Shown here: piece after piece, positions 29,112-43,262 of the stretch | How the letters are laid out: the number at the start of each line of letters is the position of its first letter | Numbering within the stretch: the stretch's first letter is position 1 | Source: the human T2T-CHM13v2.0 reference genome, Homo sapiens | Assembly (NCBI RefSeq): GCF_009914755.1 | Contig: NC_060928.1 | Length of the DNA stretch: 64,000 nucleotides | Reading direction: 5' to 3' (one strand) | The notes under the pieces: generated by a model | Told to the model about the DNA's origin: nothing | The model's input: the letters and a program-made list of their open reading frames with translations, nothing else | The model's database searches: none | Position numbers and translations under genes: made by a program

Positions 29112-30562
29112 AATATCAACCAACAAAAATTAATTGTATTTTCTATACTTGCAAAGAACAAAAATAAAATTAAGAACACAATTCAATTCAAGTTAGTACA
29201 GAAAATAATAAAAATTTAAAAGATTTTTTTGAAGTTTAAAACTTGTACACTAAAAGCCACAAAATATACGTACAAATTAGAGGATACCTGAAGAAATGGA
29301 AAGACATACTAATTTTATGGAACAGGGGATGGAATATTGTTAAGATGACAATGCTCCTCAAATTAATCTATATATTCAACACAATATTTTCCAATTCCAG
29401 CAGCCTACTTTGGCGAAATCAATAAACACTCTGAAGTTGATACACAAATCAAAGGACTCAAAATAGTCAAAACAATTTTGAAACAGAACAAAGTTGGATG
29501 ACGCACAATTTTTGATTAAAACCTTACTATAAACCTATACTAACCAAGACTATGTTACTAATTAAATAGATACATAGATTGGAGACATAGAGAGTCCAGA
29601 AATGAACTCATACATTTATGATCAATTGATTTTTAAAAAGCACGAGAACACAATTCAATGAGGAAGAATAATCTTTTGAACAAATGATGCTGAAACAATT
29701 GGATATTCCTATGCAAGAGTGAAGTTGGACCCCTTCCTCACACCTTACACAAAAAATAATGCAAAATTGATCATAAACCTAAATATAAGAAGCAAAGCTA
29801 TAATGTTTCTAGAAGATTTTCTTAATAATAGCACAAATGACAAAAAAGACATAATCAAAATTAATACTTTTGGATTTCTAAGAATATATCAACCTTCACA
29901 ACAAGATAAAGTATTTATAAATCATATATCTGAAGAATTTACTTGTAGAGTATACAAGGAACTCTTATAAGTCAATGATAAATAAATAATGCAAATAATG
30001 ATGAACAAATATTCTCAATTGACATTTCATCAAAGAAGATATACAAATGTCCAGACAGCACCTGAAAAAAAATACTCAAAATCATTAGTAATTAGGCAAA
30101 AATAAAACTCCAATGAAATATCACTTTGCTTTCACTGGGATGATTATTTTAAAAAGAGATGTAATAAAAAGTGTTAGGGAGGATGTGGAGAAAATATATA
30201 TCTTGCTAATGAGTGTGACATTTCTTTTTGGGTTATACACATGCTTTAAAATTGTTATGATGTTTGCACAACTCTGAATATTCTAAACTTAACAGAATGG
30301 TATAGTTTAAATGGATGAATTGTATGTTATGTAAATTATATCTAAATAAAGCTATTTTACATGTAAAAATATATAACTATCGTTTTTAAGTGCATAGACT
30401 CCAGAGTGGATGGGCTAAGTTTAACTTCAGCCTCTGCTGATTCTTAGCTATATAATCTTTGGCTTTGTCACAGCTTTACCTCATTAACTTATATGTGGAA
30501 ATATTGTTACATCATGAAATTTTGAATATTAAATTGAGTTAAAGTAGGTATATAACTTAGAA

Positions 30563-30782
30563 CAAGGATTAGCAGACACCCTATAAGGAGCTAGATAATG
30601 AATATTGTCGTTTTAATGGGTGATACTGTCTCTTTCATAACCACTCAACTCTGCTGTTGCAGAGCAAAACAGACACAGGAAACAAGTAAATAAAGAAACA
30701 TGAATGTGTTTCAATAAAATTTATTTATGAAAATAACCAGCAGGCTGGATTTAGCCTGAGAGCATGAGCTTGCTCTTAACTG
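30563..30782 (+). mobile_element. MER58A-like, nested in a MIR (~30395-30830)
   Basis: CCACTCAACTCTGCTGTTGCAGAGCAAAA..TGTGTTTCAATAAAATTTATTTA..GGCTGGATTTAGCC. Confidence 0.75.
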
Positions 30783-33011
30783 AGAATATAATTTGGCACT
30801 TGGTCAGTACTTAAGACATGTTTAGTTATTATTTGGTATGTGCTGGAGGATTCAAATATAATCCTGCTGTCATGCGGATCTGGACTTTCCCCATTCATAC
30901 TCAAATAATAAAGGCCTCCTTTACTTTGCCGATATACTGGGTAGTGATTCAAGCTCAAGTACACACCCAGCTTCTGAAGTAGATATGTGAATGGGGAGAT
31001 TTGGTAACAGGAATGAGTCCTAAATCGAATTACTGGAGCTAACCCCAAAAGCCAGAACGAGAAAATGCACTGCTTTGGTGCTGAATCTCTGTAGTGATTG
31101 AACCACTGCTCTTTAAATCTCCCTCATCTATTGGTGAATCTCAGAGCCTGAAACAAAGCTAATATGATGGGTTGCTGTCAAGTGGGGCCAGATCTGTGGA
31201 TAAGCAAGACATGTGTGAGAAAGCTCAGAAACTGCTAGGTTCCATGTATTACTGGATGATATGATATTTCTATCTACTTTTTATTTTATATAAAAAAATC
31301 CCCAAATCTTTAACCTGGCATTCTAGTGCCTCTAGAATATTGCTCTAGAGGCACTAGAGTAATATTGCTTTTAAAAATCTAAACTCTTTTTTTCTCTTAA
31401 AATTAAAATTGCACATCACATGTGATTAGAAAACTTCACACTCTTCCCTAGTCATAAAGCATTAACGTATATTGTTTTTGATGTAAACCTGCAGTGTTTG
31501 CAGATCCATCATCCTCTCAGAAGTATGTGGGGAAATGCCAAGCATGAAACATCAGGGAGATATATTGGGCTCATTGTTCCAGCTGCCTTCCACCACTGCT
31601 CTGCGATGATCTCTGTTTCCCAATCTTGTTGGGAAATAATCATTGGCATATTTTCTCTTGGCAATAGAGGTACTTTTTGTTGCAGCTTCTAGTACATACA
31701 GATGGTGGGCTTCTCATACATGTATTTGTTGGAAAAAATAATAGATGTGCCCTGGACTGGGTAAAAGAAAGATCTGGTTCAAATTTCCAATCTGTTTCCA
31801 AAAAGCAGGCTTTGGGTAAACAGAAAAGCAGAAAAACCACAATTTCCTTTAATCTCAATCTTTTTATCTGTAACATAATATTGCTATATTACATTATTAT
31901 GCATTATATAAGCTTGTATATATTAGGTATTATAAAAATGTTAAATCCTTTTATCTTTTAAAGATTTAATACTTTGGAGATATAATACCATCTCAGTACA
32001 TTTTAACAACATGCATATTACCTGTTATTTATTCATTCATATACATTTGATGGTTTACTTTATACCACGCATTCCTATACCTCTGCAAGAGTAGACTATT
32101 TGCAAATTATAGTCTCTTTTTCTTCTAAATGAAAAAATGCAGACCAGAGGGGTGATTCAAGTTAGCAGTGATGAAATGCTGCTTTCCAGGGACAGGCTTG
32201 AGATCATAAGGTTTTAGTTCCAATAGGACTTGATGTCTCTCAAGATTATCCAGAAGTTTGGTACCATAACCCTGGTCTCAGGATGCCTAGAAAGTATGCT
32301 GACCTTCTAACTGATATCAGATGTATTTTGATAAGGAAGATAAGGCTGATCTATTTTGAGATGTGCATTGTTACTTTGCAAAACATTAGGCCTGAATCTA
32401 TCAGCAAAAAACCGTGAGACATGGATAAGAGCAGGATTTGAAATCTGGAATAAGTTTTAAGAAAGTAGTCAAAAGTTATCATTCATGTGCATTTATGGAG
32501 AAGCTACATTACTCACAGTTCTGTCATTATAAGAGTAGTGTCTCTTCTAAAAAAATAACACAGAACTGTCAGGAGGGATTAGCCTATCTTCTAACAGTCT
32601 ACCATAGTAGGACATTACTTTATCTTAGTTTATTGGTTTTTTTTTAATTGTGAGTCAATACTTATGCTTCATAGTGTATAAAATAAGAGATGCAGTACTG
32701 GCTATTCTAGAGACATGTTCTTGCCTTATTGACCCTTCCCTTCCAGGTTCTGGAGATGACAGTGAGGCCAGAGGCACTGGGGTAGTCAGGGCTATGAGGT
32801 GCCTATGTAGCATCTTTATTCAAATAAGAGATAAAAATCCAGAACAAAACAAAGCACTCTTTTCCTCAGGAGGAGATAGTTCCATGATGGGCTCATGGCT
32901 TGGCAGGCAGACTGTAGGCTGAATTTTTACCCCCCATACACCCCTTTCCAGGTGCTCATTTGGTTGGCAAGCTTGTGCCAACTACATATCATGGCACTGG
33001 ATGTAGGTATT

Positions 33012-35282
33012 TGATATGGTTTGGCTCTGTGTCCCCACACAAATATCATCTTGAATTGTAATCTTCATAATCCCCACATGTTCAGGGAGGGAACCGGTGG
33101 GAGCTGAGTGGATCGTGGGAGTGGTTTCCTTCATGCTGTTCTCAACAATAGTGAATGAGTTCTCATGAGAACTGATGGTTTTACAGGTGTTTTATAGTTC
33201 CTCATTCATATGCTCTCTCTGACCTGCTGCCATGTAAGAGGTGCCTGCTTCCCATTCTGCCATGATTGGAAGTTTCCTGAGGCCTCCCCAGCCATGCAGA
33301 ACTGTGAGTCAATTAAACCTCTTTTCTTCACAAATGAGCCAGTCTCAGGCAGTTCTTTGTAGCAGTGTGACAATGAACTAATACAGAAAACTGGTACCAG
33401 TAGAGTGGGGTACTCTTATAAAGATAACCTGAAAATGCGGAAGCAACTTTGGAACTGAATAACAGGCAGAGGGTGGAACAGTTTGGAGGGCTCAGAAGAA
33501 GACAGGAAAATGTGGGAAACTCTGGAACTTCCTAGAGACTTGTTGAATGGATTTGACCAAAACGCTGATAGTGATGTGGACAATGAGGTCCAGGCTGAGG
33601 TGGTCTTTGATGGAGATGAGAAACTTATTGGGAACTGGAGTAAAGATCACTCTTGTTATGCTTTAGCAAAGAAACTGGTGGCATTTTGCCCCTGCCCTAG
33701 AGATCTGTAGAAATTTGAACTTCAGAAAGACAATTTAGGGTATCTGGCAGAAGAAATTTCTAAGTAGCAAAGCGTTCAAGAGGTGACAGAGTGTAAAAGT
33801 TTAGAAAATTTGCAGCTTGACCATGTGGTAGAAAAGAAAAAACCATTTTCTGGGGAGATATTCAAGCCTGCTACAAAGATTTGCATAGATAATGAGGAAT
33901 CCAATGTTAATTGCCAAGAAAATGAGGGAAAATGTCTCCAGGGTATGTCAGAGATCTTCATGGCAGCCCCTCCCATTACAGACCCAGAGAACTAGGAGAA
34001 AAACATGGTTTTGTGGGCTGGGCCCAGGGCCTTGCTGTTGTGTGCTGCCTCAAGACTTGGTGTCTTGCATCCTAGCTGCTCCAGCTGTGGCTAAAAGGGG
34101 CCAAAGTACAGCTCAAGTCACTGCTTCAGAGGGTGCAACCCCAAGCCTTGATTGCTGCCAAGTGGTGTTTGGCCTTCAGGTGCACAGAAGTCAACAGAGG
34201 ATGCATAGGAATGCCTGGATGTCCAGGCAGATGTCTGCCGCAGGAGTGGAGACCTCATGGAGAACCTCTGCTAGAGCAGTGTGTAAGGAAAATGTGGGGT
34301 TGGAGTCCCCACACAGAGTCCCCACTGGGGCACTATCTAGTGGAGCTGTGAAAAGAGGGCCACCATCCTCTAGACCCCAGAATGTAAGATCCATTGGCAG
34401 CTTGCACTGTATGACTAGAAAAGCTGCAGGCATACAATGCCAGCTCATGAGAGTAGCTGCAGGGGCTGAACCCTGCAAAGCCACAGGGACTGAGCTGCCC
34501 AAGGCTGTGGGAACCCACCTCTTGCATCAGCATGACCTGGATGTGAAACATGGAGTCAAAGGAGATTATTTTGGAACTTTAAGATTTAATGACTTCTCTG
34601 CTGGATTTTCGACTTGAATGGGGTCTGTAGCCCCTTTGTTTTGGCTAATGTCTCCCATTTAGAATGAGAGGATTTGTCCAATGCTTGTACCACTATTGTA
34701 ACTTGGAAGTAAGTAACTTGCTTTTGATTTTACAGGCTCCTAGGTAGAGTTATGTGCTTGTCTCAGATAACACTTTGGACTTGGACTTTTGGGTTAATGC
34801 TGGAATGAATTAAGACTTTGGGGAACTGTTGGAAACACATGGTTGGTTTTGAAATATAAAATGGACATGATATTTGGGAGGGGCTGGGGTGGAATAATAT
34901 GGTTTGGCTCTGTGTTCCCACCCACATCTCATCTCAAATTGCATAATTCCCATGTGTCAAGGGAGGAACCAGGTGGGAGGTAATTGGATGATGGGGTGGT
35001 TTCTTCCATGCTGTTCTTGTGATAGTGAATGAGTTCTCATGAGATTGATGGTTTTACTAGCGTTTGACAGTGTCTCCTTCACACACACTGACAGTGTCTC
35101 CTTCACACACATTCTCTTGCCTGCCACCATGTAAGACATGCCTCCTTCCCTTTCTGCCATGATTATAAATGTACTGAGGCCTCCCCAGCCATGTGTAACT
35201 ATGAATCAATTAAACCTCTTTTCTTTATAAATTACCCAGTCTCTGGCAGTTCTTTATTACAGTGTGTAAACATACTAATACA
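33012..35282 (+). mobile_element. Full-length MaLR (MSTA-type): 5' LTR 33012-33385, internal, 3' LTR 34895-35282
   Basis: LTRs T(G/A)ATATGGTTTGGCTCTGTG..ACTAATACA; purine-rich PPT before the 3' LTR; TSD GTATT/GTACT; MaLR internal ORF remnants. Confidence 0.95.
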
Positions 35283-35864
35283 GTACTTCAACCTAGCTTC
35301 AGCTGAAATTATACAAAAAAAAAAAAAACCCTCCTCTCAACTCCAAAAGGAAGAAGGAAGTAAGAACCTATGCCATCATATGGTAGCATAACTGTGCTTT
35401 CATTGTTCTCCTGTGGTGCCCTTATGCTATGTACCTGCCATTCAACTGCATGTGCTTACTCATAGCATTGTTCCTCCTCTCAGGGGCCATCGTCTCTCCT
35501 TCCATACTCCAGGGACACACATAAACACTCACATCAGTGCACATCCACAAACTTACAAAAATCACTTATTCATCTACACTCACAATCTCACTCCTTTGCA
35601 CAAACATACACACAAATACATTCATACACAAATACACTCACACAGAGATTTTATCTTGTTCTGCTTCACTAGTCCTGTATGCTGCTTTTAATGTCAAATA
35701 CTCTCTCTAACTCACCTGGTTGAATTTCATTGCATTCCTAGTAAAGCTTGAATTTGGTTGTTTTGTTCTTTGTTTGCCGAACTTCAATTTGAAAGCATGA
35801 ACAGAGATGCAAAAACTCACACCAGAACTTAAAATTATCTAAACCTATTCATCCCAAATCCATC

Positions 35865-36240
35865 TGTTATGGACAGAATTGTGTGTCTCCCAAAATTCCT
35901 ATGTTAAAATACTAACACACAGTAACTCAGATTGTGACAGTATTTGGAGAAAGGACTTTAAAGAGGCAACCAAAATAAAATGAGTTTATGTGGGTGGACC
36001 CTAATACAAGATGACTGGTGCCCTGACAAGAAGAAGAGATTAGGATACTCACAAAGGAAGACAATGTGAGGACACAAGGAGAAGATGGCCATCTACGAGC
36101 CAAGAAAAGAAGCCTCAGAAGAAATTAAAGATCCCTTGATTTGGAAATTCTAGCCTCCAGAAATATGAGAAAATAAAATTCTGCTGGTTAACCCACTCAG
36201 TCTGTGGTATGTTATTATGATAACCCTAACATGTAACATA
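35865..36240 (+). mobile_element. MLT1A/B solo LTR
   Basis: TGTTATGGACAGAATTGTG..GAAGATGGCCATCTACGAGCCAAG..CTAGCCTCCAGAA..GTCTGTGGTATGTT. Confidence 0.88.
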
Positions 36241-37767
36241 GTATCCAAGACCTCAATGATGGTGCTTTCTCTCACCAAATCTCATTCTAATGAAAAGGAA
36301 GTGATTTTCATTGAATTCAGCACCATGATCATTTACATTTATCATCTCACTGGGTCTTTAAGTTTTGAAACAAGACAATATTATTTAATTCTGAGTTTGC
36401 AAATCAGAAACTGAGGCTGAAGAAAGTTACACTACTTGTCAGGGGTCCCAGAGCTCATAATTTGCAGATACCCAAGCTCAACAAAATTAAGTTTTAACTT
36501 CAAAACTCATGTTCTTTTCTAAACATTAATCTGTCATAATGAAGACAATTTTAACAGAGCTATATAAAATTAAGTAAAATTTTCAACCAAGTTAGCCTGT
36601 TTTATAAACATAGCCATTTTTATCCTGTTGCATAACAAAATAGGCAGAATTAAACAATTCATAGGAATGACTGTAATTAATATTACATCTACATCTACCA
36701 CATTCTTGACCCAACATTAAGAATAGATTAAAATAATGTACTGAATGCATATTCATTTTATATAATTGCAGTGAATGCAAATCTCCATCAATTATTTTCT
36801 TATTTCTACACCCTCTTTCCCCTTCTTCCCATTTTTTTCCCTGACTGTTGTAAAGCATTATGCTCCTGTCTGACTTGTCTTCCAGCAAGTCTTTATCTAT
36901 GAGGCCATAAACACACAGCAATAAGGAAAAGATAAAAGCATATTCTATCTTTCTCTACTCCTATATGTTAGTAATTAAAATAAATGTAAAACTATACCAG
37001 GAATGGGGAAAAACAAAGGCTTCTAAAAATAACATGCAAACAGAAAGAGTTTGAATATTTGGGATTAAAGCTAGCCATTACTGGAACATTTAAAGGGAAA
37101 AATGCTGCCAAATAAGGAACATTCTTACTGAATGCTGAATCCAGTGAGTTTTTGGACATATGCGGTGACTGAGATTTTCTTGAAATGCTTCCCTTTAGAG
37201 AGGTCAGACATTTAAAGGACTATTTTATCCACTGAATGTAAACCTAACTGAAAAATGTCTCTTGCCTTTGGGAGTCGCACAGAAGTACTAGTTCTCTTTC
37301 ACATGCAATCACATATATAATAACAGTTAAACATCCAAATGCATGACGGTCTGTATTTAGGAATTGATATGTTAGAATTTCACCTACCTCTATTAAATCC
37401 CTAGTCAGTGAAGAGAAGACCTGTAGGTTTCCCCCCTTTCCCTATATACTAGATGCATTTATTTCTAACATTTTCCCCCAAAACCTTATGCTAAAACCAT
37501 ACTGAACAACAAGATCACCATTCTCTGTGCACTCTGCCCTCTTCAGCTTTTGTGCCATAAATATTATGGCATCCTTAATCTGTAGTGCCCTTCTCCTCAT
37601 CCCTGGATATCAAAAGTCTATTCATTTTTAAAAGCTCACTTAAAATATCATCTAATAGGCAATAAAACATAAAAGCATGGGATTTAGAGTGAGGCAGGGT
37701 TTAAGTTTGCCACTTACTAGACATGAAATGTTGAGCAAATTGTTTATCTTCTCTAAGCCTCTAATCC

Positions 37768-38269
37768 TGTATTAGCCAGGGTTATGCTGAGAAATAGAAC
37801 CAACAGGAATATATATATATATATATATATGTAATTTACCATGAGGAATTAGCTCATGCAATTGTGGAAGCCGACAAGTCCCAAGATCTGCTGTCCTCAG
37901 GTTGTAGACCCAGGAAAGCCAGTAGTGCAATTCAGTCTGGGTTCAAAGGCCTAAAATTTAGGAACGCCAATCATGTAAATCCCAGTAAAAATGCAAAAGA
38001 AGATGAAATGAGATATCCCAGCTCAAACTGTTTGGCAGAAACAAGGGGGACAAATTTCTTCTACTCCTGCCTTCTGTTCTCTTCAGGCTCTCAACAAATT
38101 GTATGATGCCCACCCGTAATGGGGAGACCCATCTACTTTACTGAATCCACTGATTGAAGTACTAATATCATCCAGAGACACCCTCACAGACATAGCCAGA
38201 AATAGTGACTAACTAGATACCTGCGTGACCCTTAATTCGGTCAAGATGACACATAAATTAACTATCAAA
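37768..38269 (-). mobile_element. MLT2 (ERVL) solo LTR
   Basis: TGTATTAGCCAGGGTT..AAGTCCCAAGATCTGC..CACCCTCACAGACA..GACACATAAATTAACTATCA; perfect TSD AATCC at 37763-37767 and 38270-38274. Confidence 0.9.
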
Positions 38270-38329
38270 AATCCCCTACCCTAAATTTAGGTGCTCTTTT
38301 TTTCTTTATACAAACTCTCCCCTTAGGTG

Positions 38330-39296
38330 TCTCTCACGATGGCCCATGTTTTTAAATACACTAACAAACTGACAACCCAAATTGGTGTCTGCAAGACAAA
38401 GATCTTGAGTTTCAAATGTGTATACTCAACTGTCTATTTAACTTCTGTTTTACATTCAAACAATATGTCCAAATGGAAGTTAATTCTTCCTGTCCCATCA
38501 AAAAAGAAAAAGAATAGCTATAAAAAAACAACAAAATCTTTAATATTCAGAGTTTTTCTTACCAGTAAGTGAAATTCTGTTTAATCAAGTGTTTAATGAG
38601 AAAATCTATAATTTATCCCTTTGTCCATCCTCCCATATCTAATATAACACCAGTCCTGTTTCTAGAAGCTACTGTGTATCATCTCCTTCTCTGATACCAC
38701 TATCCTAATATAGGCTGACATTATCTCTCTCCCAGACCACCTTAGTAGCATCTTAACTGACTTCCTTGTTTCTACTCTTACTCTATCTTGTCCATTTTCT
38801 AGATAATAATAGTCAAAGTAACATTTTAAAAAGAATTAAATAACCACGTTGCTTCAAATCTTTCATTACTTCCCCATTATCACTGGAAAAAAATCGAAGT
38901 AACTTTTCATCATCTACAGAGCTTTGCATGGTCTGGCCTCTACCTACACCTCTCTGAATGTGTCCCCCACGCAATGCCTTTATTGACTGACTTCAGTCGT
39001 GTCTGCCTCCTTTGTTTCTTCTCTTCCTTTTCTAGGTCTTTGCACTTGCTTCTCCCTCTGGAGTTCTCCAGAATCCTTCCATAGTTGGCTTATCTTCAGT
39101 TTTCAACATGTAATACAATTCACAGTTATCTGTCCTTTATGCATTTCATTTTTCATGTCCTATTTGTACCACTAGAATCCTAGTAGATTGAGAATAGAGT
39201 TCTTGAGTGTTCTGTTTACAGGTACATCCCCAGAATCAAGTATATTGCCTGTCAAACAAGGAGTCCTAATAAATATTTGTGCTTGAATGAATGAAT
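38330..39296 (+). mobile_element. L2 (ORF end and 3' tail)
   Basis: Pyrimidine-rich L2 pattern ending AATAAATATTTGTGCTTGAATGAATGAAT. Confidence 0.75.
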
Positions 39297-40539
39297 TTCA
39301 GTTTAGTCTCTGCTAATAAGAATAATGACAGTCCCTTCCTTAAGATGCTGTGTAAGTTAATTAGATGATACGATATGTTAAACTGTTGTTGGGTTTATAT
39401 TTTTTTTTATTTCATCCCTCAGTTTTTGACATGGTTTTGGTGACAATGTATAAACTCAACATAATTTGGATAATTTTTTAAATTCAAAATAAATTGTGCT
39501 TTGTTTCTAAAATTACACCATATATCTGAACATGAAATTCAAAGTCCAAGTCTCTGTAGAATTCCTATCATATTTAAACAACTTCACATATTAGCCATAT
39601 TTCTAAATGGCATCATTTTTGTTGGTTTTAATTTCAAAACCAGAAGCTTGCAATAAGCAGAGAAGGAACTCAATTAAGCATAGCCTCTAGTGCAAATATT
39701 TAATTCCTTTCTCATCACTCTGCCATTAATAAGGCAATCACCCGGAAATAGGGGATTGATGATCAGCACATGGAATAATAATTGTGAAATGATGAAGAAA
39801 AGATACTGAAAGAATATTAGAGTTTATGAATTTGCATTCATATCCACTGGTTATAGCTCATTTAAAAAAATTCTTCTTTCTTCTCAGATCAACAATTCTT
39901 AGAAAGAGACTAGATAAGCAGTACATTGGTCTTTTATATGTAAAAATAAATAATGGCTCATAAAATTAAGGGCCATGAATAAATAAATAAATACAACTGA
40001 AAAACACTAGGTAATTTAGTACATGACATTAATTACTCTTTCTAATTATTCATAGAATTCAAAGTTTAATTTAGTGATAGTAATCCTTAGCATCCACATA
40101 GTATTTTTTGAGCTTTCTTTTTCTCCAGTACACTAATTATATCAAGGGGATAATCTCAATTATCCCATGAGGTAGACAGACAGATAGTACTTAAACAGAA
40201 AGATTGTGAGTCCTACCTAAAGAGAGGAGAATACACTTAACCACAGTGGGTTGCTCTGTATTATTATTTTTATTTAATGCTCCTCACAAAACTTCTAGGT
40301 AAGTCAAATTTGAACCCACTGTATACATGTGAGACTCAGAGATTTTAAATTAAGCATTTAGAGTTGCACAGTTATGAGACAAGGCTGAAATAAATTTCCG
40401 TGTAATGTGCAATCTGAATCGCAGACCACATTGTAGTTTAGGTGTTTTCTATGAATTTTCTCATAAAATCTTCCACAGGTCCCTGCATCTTGTAAACGTC
40501 TACGCTGCAACAAAAGGTTTAGTATGAGTTAAAATAATA

Positions 40540-40935
40540 AAAGCATCACTATTTCACAGATAAGGAAGAGGAAGGCACAGGGAGGCTGGGCTGCCTGCCT
40601 GACATCACCCAGCTGGCAACACAGAGAAGCAGTCATCAGATTGAGATCCCTTTGGCTCTAACCCCAATGTTCCTGGCACTAGCTTGAGTTGAAGGGGTCA
40701 TAGTAAGAACAAAGATTTTAGATAAGAGAGCTTGAGTTTGATTTCCTCCCTATGACTTGCCAGTTGTGTGATTTCATGCCAGTTCCCTAATCTCTCTGAG
40801 CTGGTTTCCTTACTTGTGAAAATGCACAAAATAAACAGCCTTTCTCTTAAGGGTCACTGCGAGGTTGAAATGGAACAATGTGTATAAAGCCCTGGTGCCT
40901 GTCTCATCACTACGTCCAGTATATGTGAGTAAGTA
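40540..40935. mobile_element. Two adjacent MIRs in opposite orientations
   Basis: ATTTCACAGATAAGGAAGAGGAAGGCACAG.. then TCTCTCTGAGCTGGTTTCCTTACTTGTGAAAATG.. Confidence 0.65.
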
Positions 40936-42874
40936 TTACACTCATGACACAAAGCCTCTACTTCTTGGTTGATCTCTCCAAGGTGATGGAGTAACAGCAC
41001 GACCTCAGTAAACCACTGTCTGGTTTCAAGTCTAGTGCTTCTTCACCAACCATGAAATAGCCTTATTTATTATTTATTATTATTATTTATTAGTTGGTAT
41101 CATTTGGTTCTAGTTTTCTGCTCCGGCAGAAAACTGCTCTTGTGTGACAGGGAACACTGCAAAAAGAAATAGAAGTAGTTTCCAAAAAGTCTTTACTGAG
41201 AGGACCAGATTAGTCTTAAAGCCCCTGGAAATACCCCGAGAGACAGACATAAGCAAAGCTGAGGAACTAAGCGCACCTGAGAAGAGGGAAGCAGGCCTAG
41301 AATCAGAACAATCAAATGTGGCAGGCCCTGCAGCACTTTGTCACTACATGAGAAAGAGGAGTGGTTTTGGCAATTTTTTCCTAACAGCTTGGCGTTATTT
41401 TGAACTTTTGCTTCAGCTGGTCTGTGGGAAGGGAGGATGAAGGGAAGTATCTCTGTGCCTGCTTGTCCTTCTCATTGTCTTCAGAGTCTCCTCTCTTTGA
41501 GGTGAAGCTTTTAGGCGCCAACATAAAAATAAAGCTGATAGAGCTGGCAGCACCTCTCAGACTGAGCAACAAAGAGAACACGCCAGCATTCTGCAGGGGA
41601 AGGAAGAGTGAGGAAATGAGCTCAGGACTGGGCTGTTGTCCGGCTCTTCCCTTCCCATCTAAACCTCTGCCACCATCCTGGGCCAAATCACTTGGACCCG
41701 GCACTTGGGCTGCAGCCCCAGCCTCCCACCTGGCCTCCTAGCTGCATCTTGCAGCCTATATATTGCGGTTACTTATCTTTACAAAGCACAGACCAGATGA
41801 GAACACCACTTTAATCCTCCTTGATTAAAACTTTTCTATGGAACTTCGTGAATTACAGGAAAAAGACCTACGAATTATCAACAGGAACCATGATGACTGA
41901 CCAATGCTTCTCACTTCATCTACTCATTCTATGTGCTCTACAGTGCTGTCATTTGTGAACCCCAGCTTTCTCCTGGCACAGGGCCTTCAAATAAGTCATT
42001 TTCATTTTCTCAAAGGCTCACTGCCCTTGCTATTGTTGTTGCCTCCTCTTCATGCTCCCCTTCTCAAAGAGTAGTATGTCACTGCTTTAGGAAACCCTTT
42101 TACTGGACAGCTCCACTGGGCCAGGAGAGGCCCTGTAATGTGCTTCACAGATACTGTGCCTTCCCAGAAGAGCACTCAGCATCGCCAGTCAGAGTCTAAG
42201 CAAAAAAGGAACAAACAAACAAACAAACAGCCCAAGTGCCTTCAGATTTCAAAGGAGAAAATATAATGAAAGAATATCATTGGCCGCACAGATGATGGAG
42301 GAGCTGAGAAAACAACGGTAGAAAATGAGACAAGTCAGACATTGTCACCAAGGAGCTACTAGGAACCCACAGCATGGGGAAGATGCAACCACTGCCTGAG
42401 ATAGACAAAGAAGTAAATGAGTAAATGCCCTGTTTCTCCATTCTCCTGGCCTTTGCACTCAAGCTATTGCCTTCCACCAGCGAAACTCAGCCAGGAGCTT
42501 GCCGGGGCAGGCACACTCTAACATACTACAGACCAGATTCACAGCCTCTTCTTTATCATCTGTCATCCCACCTTCTTCTCAGTGAAGAGGGAAATGGGAA
42601 TTTATCAATTTTTGTATAGGGAAAATTACTAATTATTGCCAATTTTCCTCACTTGCGATATTGCACAAGTATTCCAGAAAGAGTGAAGGGCAAGGATTGG
42701 ATCTGAGGAGGCACAGTCCTAGGATCAAGGGTAGTTATAATACATGCTTATTTTAGTATTTGTTTTCTTTAAGATCAGTGTCTTCACCTCACAGAATACC
42801 TCTTTGTGTTCACCACGCTGTTCCCATTTTCACAAAGTGATTATTAAATGAACAATTTTAAATGCTTCTGTCCA

Positions 42875-43262
42875 TTCATTCATTAGGCTGTACATATCGA
42901 GCAACTTCTATGTGCTGGACCCAGTAAACAAAGCAGATCATGTCCCTGCCTCATAGGCTTCATAGGTTAGAAGGGGGTGAAAGACACAGACAAAGAAATA
43001 CATGAAATAAACTAGTAGGTCAGATGGTAAAAAGTGACAAAGAGAAAAATAAGAAAGAAAAGGGGCAAAGGGCATACTAGGTACAGAGTGTGTGTTAGAG
43101 TCCCTGGATGGAAAGGGAATTCCAGGGTAAAGTAGGTCTCTTGGAAGGGTTGGCAAAGTGGCTGGAACAGAGCAAAGGATGGGGACATCAGATCTAAGTT
43201 CAGAGAAGTGGTATAGGGGAGGAGGTGGAGGGAGATTGCTGTGGGCCTTGAAGCCTCTGTAA
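42875..43262 (-). mobile_element. L2 fragment
   Basis: CATTCATTCATT start, TCCCTGCCTCATAGGCTTCATAG, purine-rich continuation. Confidence 0.6.

Larger units (their letters stand above)
23580..30358 (+). mobile_element. Near full-length decayed old L1 (L1MB-like 3' end): 5' region, ORF1 ~25000-25900, ORF2 ~26600-30200
   Basis: ORF2 remnants KKWKDILILWNRGWNIVKMTMLLKLIYIFNTI and MKLDPFLTPYTK; 3' end TGCACAACTCTGAATATTCTAAA..GTAAATTATATCTAAATAAAGCT; 5' boundary approximate. Confidence 0.85.

Noticed and set aside
33892-34617. 241 aa ORF, the longest in the window
   Set aside because: Lies in the MaLR internal region; the homologous frame is broken in the other copy (12313-12813). A retroelement remnant with no sign of domestication.
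41144-41741. Three overlapping 98-113 aa ORFs in GC-richer unique DNA
   Set aside because: No recognisable domain, non-ATG starts for two of them, no convincing splice sites.
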